From: Amphiscolops sp. MND2022
Lineage: Eukaryota
Reading direction: 5' to 3'
Assembly: GCA_964187785.1 (NCBI GenBank)
Contig: OZ076409.1
Span: 32,428,001-32,492,000 of the forward strand
Length of the DNA: 64,000 nucleotides
Shown: positions 25,860 through 37,910 of the stretch, in pieces
How positions within the stretch are numbered: position 1 is the first letter of the stretch
Layout of the letters: each line of letters opens with the position of its first letter
Program-made: the position numbers and the translations under genes
The notes under the pieces: model-generated
Seen by the model: the letters and a program-made list of their open reading frames with translations, nothing else
The model's database searches: none
What the model was told of the DNA's origin: nothing

Positions 25860-27091
25860 TCCAAGATTCTATTTCGTCCCAGAGGAAATCGAAGAAAGAT
25901 TCGTAGTATAAGTAGAGAAAAACCTCGCAGGGACTCTCGAAAAGCTCTGTTCCTTTGAGGTGCGTACGTTGGTCAGCCTTGATGATAGCCTGCATCTTCG
26001 TCAACTCAACTTTACTGACACTGTTCTCTGAACGTTGACAATATAACCATTCTCTGTAGAGGAAAATGAGAACCAGAGCTTCGAAGTAAGGAAATGTAAA
26101 GGAAGGTTGGGAACCTTGTTCGAGTTCCTTCGCGAATGTCAGGGCACTCCGATACATGTGCTTATCTTTAATGAAGTTACATCCAAACGCCACGCTTTTT
26201 CCAGGAGTGTACACAAGTTGGATCTTTTGACTGGGTAAAAACAGACAATCGCCTTTTTCTAGAACGACCTTATTTGTAGGGCAACCATAGTTTTTACTGC
26301 TATTTGGTCATTTTTGTCAATTTCATCACGTTATACTGCTATAAATGCTATTTCTGCTATTTTAAGGTCAACTTTGGGCAATTCTCAGAATTGTCGTAAT
26401 ACTAATACTTGTATAATTCTTTTCAGATTTTCCTGAGAAATACAAGTGCCACTAAGCAGCGTGTTTGAATATATACGGAAACGGCATGCCTCGCGCTAAG
26501 CTTACATCACGCGAGAAAGCTTTCCAAGTGAAAACCAAGTATCCTAATACGATATTGCGACGGTGAAAAAATTTGAAAGTAGGAATGCAACAATCGCAGA
26601 CGCTTTCAGAGCTCTACAGTGCCTAATGCACACTCTCAGGGAAAATGATCTTGCGGAAATTTTGCTATATATGGAAAGGAGAATCAAGGAAATGAAGGAT
26701 CTGAAGGAAATAGTCGAAGGTCGCGGCAATGAAGGACGAAAATTACAACCTCAGGAATATAGCCCCTTGCAAAAAATCCACCCACTGGCGCGGTTGTCGA
26801 GCGGGCCTTTTCAAGACCAACTTCCATGCTGGAGGACAACCGCAACTTTGGTGAAAGCCATGTTGAAAATCATTTCTTGTGCTACGCAAATATTAACGCT
26901 TGATTAATACCATTTTAAACATTTAAACTGTTTTCCTGTCTTCTTTGAAGATTTTCAATGTCAATTTTGAAGTCATTTTCGGGCAATTATAAGGACAATT
27001 CGGTGGCGCTATAAATGCGTTTTTAAAGTCAATTTTGTAGTTGCCCTACTTATTTGTTGTCACGTCCCATTGAAACCCGAAAAATAATGAA
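25860..27091 (-). pseudogene. JmjC C-terminal exon (copy B), split by a hAT insertion
   Basis: LFLPSQKIQLVYTPGKSVAFGCNF (runs into ORF 25846..26214); acceptor tctctgtttcag at ~27092. Confidence 0.75.
26277..27048 (+). mobile_element. Non-autonomous hAT DNA transposon (772 bp, internally deleted)
   Basis: TIR TAGGGCAAC/GTTGCCCTA; 8-bp TSD CTTATTTG at 26269-26276 and 27049-27056; empty site in copy A (~2154). Retains the hAT dimerisation motif PPTGAVVERAFSRPTSMLEDNRNFGESHVE. Confidence 0.92.
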
Positions 27092-27537
27092 CTGAAACAG
27101 AGAGCATGTTAAAGAAGCAAAAACAAACCCGTGTGTTGGTCAAAGGGATTCAAGATTCACTACTATTCCCCTATCGCCCATATAGTTGTGATATATAGAA
27201 ATCGATGGTAGATGAATAACATCGATCGATAGCAACGTCCAGTGCTGGAAAAAAAGTGACAATTATTGCGGCTGAAAAATGAGATAAAAAAGCAACGCCC
27301 GGTGCTGGAAAAAATTTATCACCGCGACTTCCTATTTAAGAAGAAAAAGCAACGCCATGTGCTGGAAAACGTGAGTGCTTTTAGGAATCCAACGCAAAGC
27401 AACCCCTGATCATTGATGGTTCCCCAGCCTTCGAAAAATTGAAGGAAAAATTTTAAAAGTACTTTTGAATTGGTACCTGTTTTAAAGAATTTTTTGACGT
27501 AAGCAAATCTACCGATAAATTGATAAGTCTTACTTAC

Positions 27538-28700
27538 TTTTTGGTTGCAATCGCAAGCCATTCCTCAAAAGGTTTTTGATTCTCCTGTCTTGGCTCATCA
27601 ACAAAGAAGTGTTTCTTGCCCTTTGCCAAAATGAGCATTACAGAGGAGCCGGTGAAGTCCTGATTCCAGTTAGTTTGCGCTACAGCTTCTGAAAGTGGCA
27701 GGTAGTCACTGATTACTGATGTGAAATCAATTGCTAACTGGTTTTGGGGGCTCGAAGAAGCCCTCATGCAATAGCCAAAGGAAACGTCTGCTACTACTTT
27801 GGGCAAACAAAAACGGTAAACCGTCCCGCTATTTGAATCCGCGTTGAAGTCAATTACATTTATCGGATGATAATCGAGCACACGATTGTGATCATCACTG
27901 TGCTCCAGAAACTCCTTCATAGTAATATTATCTACATTTTCTTGAATTGCAGAGAAGCAGACGTTGATTTCAACATTCCAGGGAATTCCCTCTGTTACAC
28001 GACGACAGGACGTCAAGATTTCAGCAGGAGGAGTTGCGATACCAGGAAGTTTGTTGTTACACTGGCCAACAACAACAGGTTTCGAAGGGCTCCCGTTGAA
28101 AAACTTGGATCCAATGCCGTCCACATTAAGCACATCAAAATCATTCGTGGTAGGCAGTGCTGTTTCAAACACATGCTGCTGAATGAACACAGAACGAACT
28201 TCGACTCCATTTGGAGGAAGCGAACTGAAGTTTCTTGAGTAAGAGGCAACGCCCTCCACTGCAGTCTCCAGCTTTTTCACTACCGCGACTTCTTAAAGGA
28301 CAACGGCTTCAGTAGTACCCGTAAATGTTTCTTCGGAGACTTCACTTCTCGCGCCTAGAGGAGCAAGGGATTCCAATTTAAATTGAAGCGACTCGTCACT
28401 TGAGAAACGACGGCCCTCATCCGCGGGATATCCTACTTCTGGGGTCTCTGGAACAGAAAATTCCAAAACTGCGCTTTGGTCGACAAGAGTTGCATTTTCC
28501 TCAACTGCGCCAGTGGATGCAGTTGGCTTTGGTTCCAAAAACGTGAAAGTTGTCACCGTTTAGGAAGTACTGGTAATGGCTGCAGCAAGTTGGCACTTAG
28601 GTTAGTGTCGGGATAGATCGAAACTTCGAGTCACTGTTGTGCCACAAAGTTCACACTTGAAAAAATCTTTTTGGCGTTCTAAAACAAAAGACTCCTTATG
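27538..28700 (-). pseudogene. C2HC zinc finger, linker and JmjC N-terminal exon (copy B)
   Basis: CELCGTTVTRSFDLSRH*PKC at ~28595-28660. ORF 27534..28280 has HPINVIDF...CLPKVVADVSF...LPLSEAVAQTNWNQDFTGSSVMLILAKGKKHFFVDEPRQENQKPFEEWL. Donor gtaagt at ~27537. Confidence 0.8.
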
Positions 28701-31700
28701 CAAAGGAATGAAACGGAAGCCATAGAGAATGCTACAAAGTTTCACTTGGTCCAGTAAAAAAATTGTCATAATCGGAGTTTATCGATCAATCTTAGATGTA
28801 ATCAAGTCACAGTTCGTGCGGTGCAACACCCAGTGCTGCAGAATGAGACCGTTATTGCGCCTTAAGGTTCGAAGAAAAAAACAACGCCCGATTCTAGAAA
28901 ATTGAGGTTGTTTTTGTTCCTGAAGGTGTTTACAAAAATATCAATGCCCGGTGATGGAAAAAAACTATCGCGCCTTGTTATTATCACGCCTCTTCAGACA
29001 GACAACTGTCTTATGATAAGAGTCTGAATCCAATTTAAAAAACAGTTCATTCAAAGTATCAAATACGACGTAATTTGATCTCTGAACCTATTTGTTTCCA
29101 ACTTTGATTTTTGAAGTTTCTTTCAGGAAGGTACTAAGGGAAACATCCTCGATTTCGATCACCTGGGCATTGATCCAAGTGATATAATGGTTTTCATATA
29201 TCAATCGGCACAACGCCTCGATTAATCAGGTCAGAAGACTCTATTTGAAAGAAATGAAGCAACAAATTTCAGCCGAACACCTTGTGACACTTTCTTTTTG
29301 GCATCAGAAAAATGAAAAAACAAAATTGACCTACGTCACAGAAAGCAAAATAATTTGACTTCACTGGAAAACTGATGTCAAGCAACAGATAGTACGATTT
29401 TCGTTTCGAGAACGATACATAGTTTCTACGAAAAACTTTTGTATGGGAAGGCCTTTAAAAAAAGCGCGAAACAATTCAACGAGCCACTGTCATGGATCAC
29501 ATATTGGTAATCATATATTACTCAGGACAGGGCTTGTCAAACTATGTCAATAACAGGTTATTCTAACATATCTCACAAAAAACTTGAATTTGAAAAAGCA
29601 ACAAGTTTATCCGAACACTTTGAGACTTTTTCGTTTTATGATTAGAAAATTGATAAAAAATGCCCGCGTGAAAGAAAGGAAATAAGACTATTTACACTTG
29701 GAAACTAAGACAAGAAAACAGATACTACATTTGTTTTGAAGAACGATACATATTTTCACAAAAACTTTTGTTTAGGAGGCCTTTTACAACACAAGCGCGA
29801 CGCAGTTCAACTAATCACGATCATAGGAAACATATTGGATTCCACATAATCCTCGAAAAATGACTTGTCAAACATGCCAAAAACAGATTAATCAAAACTA
29901 TCTCCCAACAATTTGCCATTAGTAGTCAATTTTGCAAGTATCGAAACGCTTTCAAACAGAGACCACTTTTGGTTTTGTTTCGAAAAACTATGAGAAACTC
30001 AAAAAAAAATAGAAATGTTGAAGAATGGTCTATAGTTCCAGCCACCACTTGCAGGAAAGCACAGTCCAGAATAAATTTTCAATACACATAACGTAACACT
30101 TTGTGACAAAGACTGCTTCAAACTTCCTACAATGGTTTCATTGAAGGAAGCGAGAAGGTCTTGGTCTCAAAATTGCTGAAGAAGGAGCTGACAAACGATT
30201 TCAACCATTACTACCGGTAACAATCTATTTCGATCAGAGCAGAAACAAAAAACAAAAGTAAACGCTTCTTCAAGCAACCAGAATTTCTTCATGCGGATTC
30301 ACTCATCTAACAAAAAGTATTGTGACACTTTGATAAAAACATCGTAACAATTTCAGTCTAAGACTGCACCCTTTTCCTTTCAGTGGAACAATTTTGAAGG
30401 ACACAAGTAGGTCTTGGGATCGAAAATGTTCAACGATGAATCAAGGCATCGTTACCTCTCTTGCTTCCGGTAACAAAATATTCCGACCAAAACGAAACAA
30501 TATCGTTTTACGTGACCTAATTGGCCCTGTCGCCAAAACTTTTGCTATAGTGTAGTGTTCATATAGTCCGAGCATTCCGTCCAGCCGTAAGAGCGTCTAA
30601 GTTTTTGTTATTTATGTGATGTTCTTCACAGATACAGAAGGAATGAGTTCTACAAAGGTTAAAAAACTATCAAAAAGGTGTCTGTCCAGGACTCATTAGG
30701 ATATTCTCTCAGTAAAATTTGATTGAACGCAGAAGAACAAAGGGTAATATGTAACTTTTGTAAGCAGAAACGATCATGCCATTGCAATGTTCATGTTCGA
30801 CATGTGTTGCTGATTTTTCAGTTGCTAAGAGGGTGAAAATCATAGTGGAAGGTCGAACATTCTACAGGAGTTCGACCATTGCCCCTAAATGCGATTAACA
30901 GCAGACAATGTGTTTCGTGATTCGTTTATTTCATTTCGTGATTTTATGTCGACGAAAATTGGGCTTGGAACCAAATGATCAGGTTCAACTTGATTGCATC
31001 GTATTTGTTTGAGACTTCAAACGCAAATTTGAAACTTGACACCTTTATCATTTCTAATTAGTAACGCGATGTGCTTGTGATTACTACATCTTTATTGTGC
31101 TTTATTATAAAAAAGAACTGGTGGAAATAGCTGTGCCCGAAGCTTGAAATATGTTTGAGTGAATATTTGATTAAATTTTATTGTGGAGATTATTTGACAA
31201 TGGCGTCTTCAACACAAAAAATCATTTGGCCCTTTTGGACCAAAAGGTTGAAATTTAAGGAGAAAGAGAAGGATCCGTTTCTGCTGGAGGTATCAAAACA
31301 GCTGTAACGATCCTCTAAGTATTTGGATTCATGAAAAGTTTTCTTATTAGAGAGGTTTTTTTCAAGAACAGATTGAGTTTTTGTCATAGCGGGGATTCAA
31401 AACAAGGTGTACCTGGGTGTGGAATAAGACACATGGTTCAAAGTAATCACAGCAAACATCAATGCTGGTAACGAACGTTCGGACAACATCCTTACCTCGG
31501 TTCAGCGCTTTCCCTTCTTTCATTTTTACAAGTTACCAAGCTTTAATTTTAAACAAAATGATGGTTTTTAGATAACTGGACAGCCGTTCAGACAAAGCAA
31601 CCCCAGATGCTGGAAAAAACTGAGACAAATATTCCAACCTAAATTTTGAACGAAAAAGCAACGCCCGGTGCTAAAAAACTGTTATTAGGCGGTAACATTT

Positions 31701-32614
31701 GAAGAGAAAGAGCAACTGTTGATCTTGGAAGTTTCTATCAGAGAGTTACTACAGGAAACAAGCTCGACGTAGATCACCTGAACATGGCCCAGAGATATAA
31801 TGGTTTTCATATATCTCTCGGGTCGACGCCTGGTTGAATCAAGTCAAAAGATTGTATTTGAAGGCAGAAAAGCAACAAATTGTATCCCAACAATTTTGAC
31901 CCTTGCGTTCGGTGATTGGAAAAAGAAAAAAGCAAAAAAGTGCAGCGTTCAGCTTTTAACTCTGAAAAACTCCAAAGATAAAACCCTTTCTATTCTAGGT
32001 TTTTTGCCATCCTTGGGAATAAAAATTTCAAACTTGCTGTTGGAGATCGTGTGTTGAAAATTCATCGATTCCTTTGATAACTTTCTAAGCAGCACTAACA
32101 ACCCCTTCCGTTGAGAAATTTCTAAAGCTGCCCCTGTGCGTCATTGACAGGAAAATAAACTACACTTGAAAACAGAAGACAGGCAATTAGATAACAAAAT
32201 TATTTAAAAAACAATACATATGTTCTACAAAAAACCTCTGTAATTGAAAGATTTTTGAAAAGAGAATTCCCAAATAGCATAAGAGCAAATAACATAAGAT
32301 CGAAATAAGTTTCAAATACCGTAAAACTGAAATGAGTGTCACTAAACATAAAAATCAAATTGTTTACGAGAGAACTCCAGGGGTTAAAAGCATTCGCTAT
32401 TGAAAACATTGACTGAAGAAGTATAAAAGTTACAGGTAAATGTTCGTGAGTTCGAATGTTTAATCCGGTATTCAGTGTATTTTTTTTGTTTTATATGAAA
32501 TTAATTTCATTTTCATGGTAACGGGGACAAATTCTGTATTTATGTTGTTTGCTCGTATGTTATTCGGTACGCAATCTTCTAAAAAGTTAGTTTTTCTGCC
32601 GTAATGTTCGAAAT

Positions 32615-32860
32615 AAAAAAAACAACGTAAGGTGCTGGAAACTGAGACTGAGACTGCGCCTTGAGGTTCAAAAAAGCAACACCTGGTGCTGAAGGATGTG
32701 AGTTTTAGTACCTTATTGTTTGAATATAAAAAGCAACGCCTGATGCTGGAAAAAAAGACTGTTACTACCCTTTAGCATTCGAAGAAAAAAGCAATGCCCG
32801 ATGCTGGCAACTTAGACTGTTACTGCGCCTTAAGCTTCGAAGAAAAAAGCAACGCCAAAT
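32615..32860. repeat. ~54-58-bp minisatellite, ~4.5 units (family also at ~2335-2480, 4055-4200, 5895-6035, 27230-27370, 28820-28960, 31595-31680)
   Basis: Recurrent core aaaagcaacgcccggtgctggaaaa followed by gactgttactgcgccttaaggttcgaag. Confidence 0.8.
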
Positions 32861-35800
32861 TTATGACAAACAACTGCCTGGTCCGGAGCCTATAAAAAAC
32901 TTCCGTTATTCGAAACATGAAAAACCAGTGTCCAGCAAAAGCAAAAAAACTTACTTGGAGGTAGTAAAGAAAACTCACTGAGTGTTACTCCGTGTTGCAC
33001 AGCTTCTTTTTGTCGCTCCCGGCAAGTCTTTTTAGCAGCATGCTGCTCCAATATGGTCGTGTTTGCGCAAATTAACCCACATAACTGGCGAGTGCAGCGG
33101 AAATTGCTTTGAGCTTTTCGTGTTCGTTGGCATTAGAAAAAGAATCGTGTGAAAATCTGATAACTGATTTGCGAAACACAATCTCATGAGTTTGTAAATA
33201 CTTTGATGGTTGAGTTTTACTTCTCTAAAAACATTTTGAACAGCCTTGCAAATGAATGAATTAGCATTCTAGTTCTCAACAGGGGCCTGAACGCAAACAA
33301 AGAACCTTTGTCCAGTGGTTGATGTTTACTAACCCATGCATCTTGATTGAGTGCGACTGAACAACCACTTTTGATTGGCTTCGAATTCCTTCGAGCAGTG
33401 AATTCAGATTAAAGGCATATCTTGCTCCACGAATGAGTGATGATCGTTTTTTTTAGATTGAAATTCAGAAACTTTCAATTCATCTAACAGTTGTTTTTGT
33501 TTTGTATTGCGTTTCAGGTCACATTATTTTGCAATTTTGTTGTTGGCACATTGTTTGAAAACAAAATTTTAAATACTATTACATTTGTCTTTTTATGCAA
33601 TCAATATATCGTCGGAAAGAAAATTCAAAACATCACTTCACTTTTCGAAACAAATGAGAAAAAAACTGAAACAACGAGACCAAGCAAAAAATGATAATTT
33701 CTGATAGCGGTGGAAATGTCGTAATTTGAGTAGGCGAATAGATTATAGGTATTAAAATTTTGATTAAGAGCGGACGCGACTGAATGATAGAGAGAGTGAA
33801 GATTGATTGGCGACTGCGCTGGATGAAGCAATTAGATGAGTCACATTAGTTACCGCTTTGAACGCCGCAGCTCGCTTTGTTAGAATCATAAACAAACATA
33901 AGTTGCACGACGCAGCACTGTTCAATTGGTAGATTTTCCAGCGCACTCCTTTTTTCGTCGTCAAAACCAAGAAAGTTGAATACCAATAAAAGAGAGTTGC
34001 AGCTCGAAATACAAACTTCTTCTTTCGTTTAAAACAAAACTTGTTTTCAAAAGCTGAACGTAGAGTTGAATAAAGAATGTAAACAGAAAGTAGCTACCAA
34101 ACTGTGCTGCCCGTTATATATATTCTTTTTTTTTCGTTTATATCAAAGGAACAGAGAGAACTTTTGCTTCCCAAATAAAGGTTTTTGGACCATTTCATCT
34201 ATCCCACTTCAACCCCCCCGCCCCTCAACTGCGGAGAGCAAAAGTGAGACACAAGGTTCAAATACCATTATGTCGACATCATTAGCGTTCAAATTTTGGT
34301 CCACAAAAACAATTGATGTCGACATAATCTATCCATTACATTCACTGTCAGTTAAAAATTGTTGATTAGATTTTATAGTTTGTGTTTATAGAAAAAAATT
34401 GCGCCAAAAGAGGGCCCTTTTTAGACAGTTTTAGCACGTTCCAAACGTGAATAATTGATATTCCAGACAAAAATACAAGACTGTTTAAAAATTTTCTTGC
34501 TTGAAGCTTCCAAACAGTTGTAGACAATCCTCTAAGTATTTACATTCATATAATATTCTCTTATTAGTGAAATAGTTTTATGTGCTTTTGTGTTTGGGGG
34601 CAACTCCCAACAAGGTGTACCTGGGAAATAGACGACATGGCCCAATCAATATTATAACTGGATTGGATTTTATTCCTTTGTTTTCTAGACGAGCAGTTTT
34701 CAAAAAGTAACTGAATAATTGAGTAGTAAAGTACACTTTATGATTAAGGTAAATAAAGGATATTTTTTATTGGGAGGGTAGTACAACTTTTTGAAAAAAA
34801 TCAATTTGTAAATGCAAGAAATCTTGTGAATTCAATTAACATAATTTCAAAATAAAACTAAGGTAGCCAATCAATAACTCATTTTCTCTTGACTTCTTCA
34901 AAACATTAAAAGTTATTGTTTAATTCCAGCAAGGGGGTTCGTGGTTGAAATTAAGACACGCTTGAGAACTTCCTAACGCCTATGTATTTGGGTTCAAAAT
35001 TATCAGTGTGTTTAATTGTGTACTTCAAAAGATAATTTGAAACTAGGTTTTTTTCTTTGTTCAGTAAAATCAAGATATTAATGTTCTTTCAGTTTCGGGG
35101 GACAGTTTGAACGTTGTAAGTTTTAAGTGGACGAGAACTTCCTAAAGCGTATACCGAACAATAGGTTGAAATTACCTAACTTACTGTATTTCAAAAAATG
35201 AACTGATTTAACCAACCATGAAGTTAAGTTCAACATTCAATAGAATCGAGGTTTTAATCTTTTAATGTTGTTCCAGTTGTTTTGATTATATTAAATTGTG
35301 AATGTGCATGAAATTCCAAATGCGCATGCCGATTTTTGTTTCTGGAAGTTTAGGTCCGACTTACTAAATTCCAAGCAATAAACTAATATAAACTGAAAAT
35401 TTGATCAATTTTATTCAAACGAATTAGTTAATTGTTTCAAACGTTGTTCCAGATGGAGAGTATTTGATCAGGTGAATTCCCAAATTACATAAGGGCAAAT
35501 AACATTAAAGGAAAATTAGTTTCAAATTAATACAAATTTGAAATTAAGTTCACTGAACATAATGAAACAAAAAATTTGTTCACGAGAAAAATTTAGTTGT
35601 CAAAAGTATTCACAATTTAAAAGATTCACCGAAACAAGTATAAAAAATACAGACAAAATTTCGTGAGTTCGATTGTTTAACCGGGTATTCTGATTTATTT
35701 TTACGTTAGTTGATACTAATTTCAATTTTATTTTATTTGAAACCTATTTGATCAAACCAATTGATGATATTTTGTTCTCCATTTTATATTTCTAAACCAC

Positions 35801-37840
35801 CTTATAATTCTCATCCACCAACCGTTGCTATTCTAGGCCGAGTCAAACAACCAATTCGAAAACTTTTGAAAATATTACAAGAAACCGACTACCAAAACCC
35901 GAATTGGCGTCAAACTAGTCACAACACTAAGATGCAGTTATCGATTGACCTTCAGCACATGCAATTGCGTATACTGTAACGAGCTGCCCTTAATGAATGA
36001 CGAACTAGACGGCGTGATTAACCACTACGCTAATCCAGTTGGAAGAGAAGCAGTGTTGACTCAATCATACACGATTACGTACCAAATAATATATAAACGC
36101 AAATAAAAAAACGGGTTCAGTCCCATTCAACATAGAAGCGAAAGTATTTTTCTATGATAAAAAAAACGAATACCGGGTTAAACAATCATTGTCACATTTT
36201 TATCAGTAATCTTAATACATTTTCAGTGAGTGTTCGAATTGTGATTGTTTTTGACCACTGATACTTTCTCAAACCATTTTTTTGTTTCTTGAAATTCATT
36301 TCCTTTCTATTTCATTTGAAACTAATTTGTTTAAACACTAAACCCTGTGGTCATGTAAAAGGTCTCATGTTCTACCAAGTGCGGGTCTCACCTTGTATAC
36401 CTTGAGTCGAGAGGTTGATAACTTGCTTGAGTTTTCACTGTTGCTAAAGTTTAAAGCTCTTCGAGCAAAAACAGCGTGTTTTTCTTACGGTTTCTATTAA
36501 ACTATTCACAATTACCCTTGTAACCTTTAATATCAATGAACTTATCTCGTGCCAAAACCAAATCTGTGTTCGATAGGTTCAATTCAATCAACACAATGGG
36601 GAAAACTTTTATTTTAAGCGAGAAAACAAAATTCAGAAATGGGACTGTTTTTAAAACTTGAAAATTTTCAAGCAGTTCTTGATAGTGGGTGGATCAGCTG
36701 CATTTAGGTCAAGGCGTCTTCCAGCGCAGGGTCAGTGCTTTCCAAGGCATGGTAGCAGAGAACTTCATACAGTCTTAAAAACTGTGTGACTCTGGATCAA
36801 TTCGCACTTTGTTTTTTCTTGGGATTTTGACTGGGAGGGTGGCACAAGATTCGAGTACTTGGAACGGTATCAAATTTTCACAGATTCCAACTGAGTGTTG
36901 TGATGATTACGTCAACTAATCCGTTTTCTGCTTCTCTTCGGGCAGAGTCCATTCGAGGTGCAAATAGAGTTTTTGTACCAAAGCATTTAATGGGAATGGG
37001 TGAAAATTTGACAGCGAGGAAAAGAGTGTGGTTGAGACAATGTGGTCGAGAGAGAAGCAGAGTCGAAAACGAAACTGAACTGATTCTTTTGAAACTGCTC
37101 TGAACAAAAGAATGAGCCGGTGGAGAAACCAATTACGAGAGATATAATTGGGAACAGAAAATGAACCGATATACAAAAGCCTGTTTCGGAAGGTATTATT
37201 CGATAGGCAACATTGGCAAATAAACAATTGCGTTCTTTTTTCTCCAGAAATAAACACAGATATGCAACAGCTTTATTCAAATAGAGTATTATCTCAGTTG
37301 TTTCATCTTAATCGAAGGTACGAACGTAGTCGAATGTAGCACAACATCGCACTACTCAATGGTATATAAGGCTATTATGTTCGAATGTTCAGCCCTACTG
37401 AATCGGTAATTAGGTAACTGTTAGTTGATTTTTTTGCTGGTTGGGCGACTCAAGAAAATCATCGACCCCAATTGATGTGATAGTGCCGAAACCTTTGCAC
37501 TCTAATGACGCTTTGAGGTTGAATTGATTTTTAAAATTTTTTGCACGAGGTGGTCTAAAATCACGGATGGTGCACGAAATCTTTGTATTACAAGTCTGAT
37601 CCACAGACGGCTGTAACGAAAGGAATAAATTTCCGGTAAAAGTGTCTTAGCATTTTGTGACAGGTTTTGCCGAAAAATTGTTTCAATCAAAAAGATTTAT
37701 ATTAAAGTTATAGATATTTTGTCTTTGCTTTTTGTCATGTAAACAATGTGTACCTGGGGGCATGTTTTGTAATTTCGCAAGCAGTTGATAGATTACATCT
37801 TTAAGTTTAACGCATCTTATTTGAAAAAAAAACAACGACC

Positions 37841-37910
37841 GGTGTTGAGTAGATTCGAACCTACTTTCTACGGCAGTAAAATATTCTATTTCACCTCTCG
37901 GCCAGAGAGC
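37841..37910 (-). pseudogene. tRNA-derived sequence (pseudo-tRNA or SINE head)
   Basis: Minus strand gctctctggccgagaggt...gtaggttcgaatctact: A box TGGCCGAGAGG and B box GGTTCGAATC at tRNA-like spacing, followed by a T-run. The cloverleaf is not intact. Confidence 0.55.

Larger units (their letters stand above)
24107..30330 (-). mobile_element. Copy B of the ZnF-JmjC-SET segment, directly upstream of the tyrosine-recombinase exons
   Basis: Colinear with 1-5190, except for the hAT insertion and local duplications. Confidence 0.85.

Noticed and set aside
27534..28280. Functional host KDM2/PHF8 gene
   Set aside because: Multi-copy, with stops, frameshifts, a hAT insertion and lost metal ligands; no PHD, CXXC or F-box seen.
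32615..32860. CRISPR-like array (conserved core plus variable segment)
   Set aside because: The segments between cores are homologous to each other, the cores are degenerate, the context is eukaryotic and there are no cas genes. It is a minisatellite.
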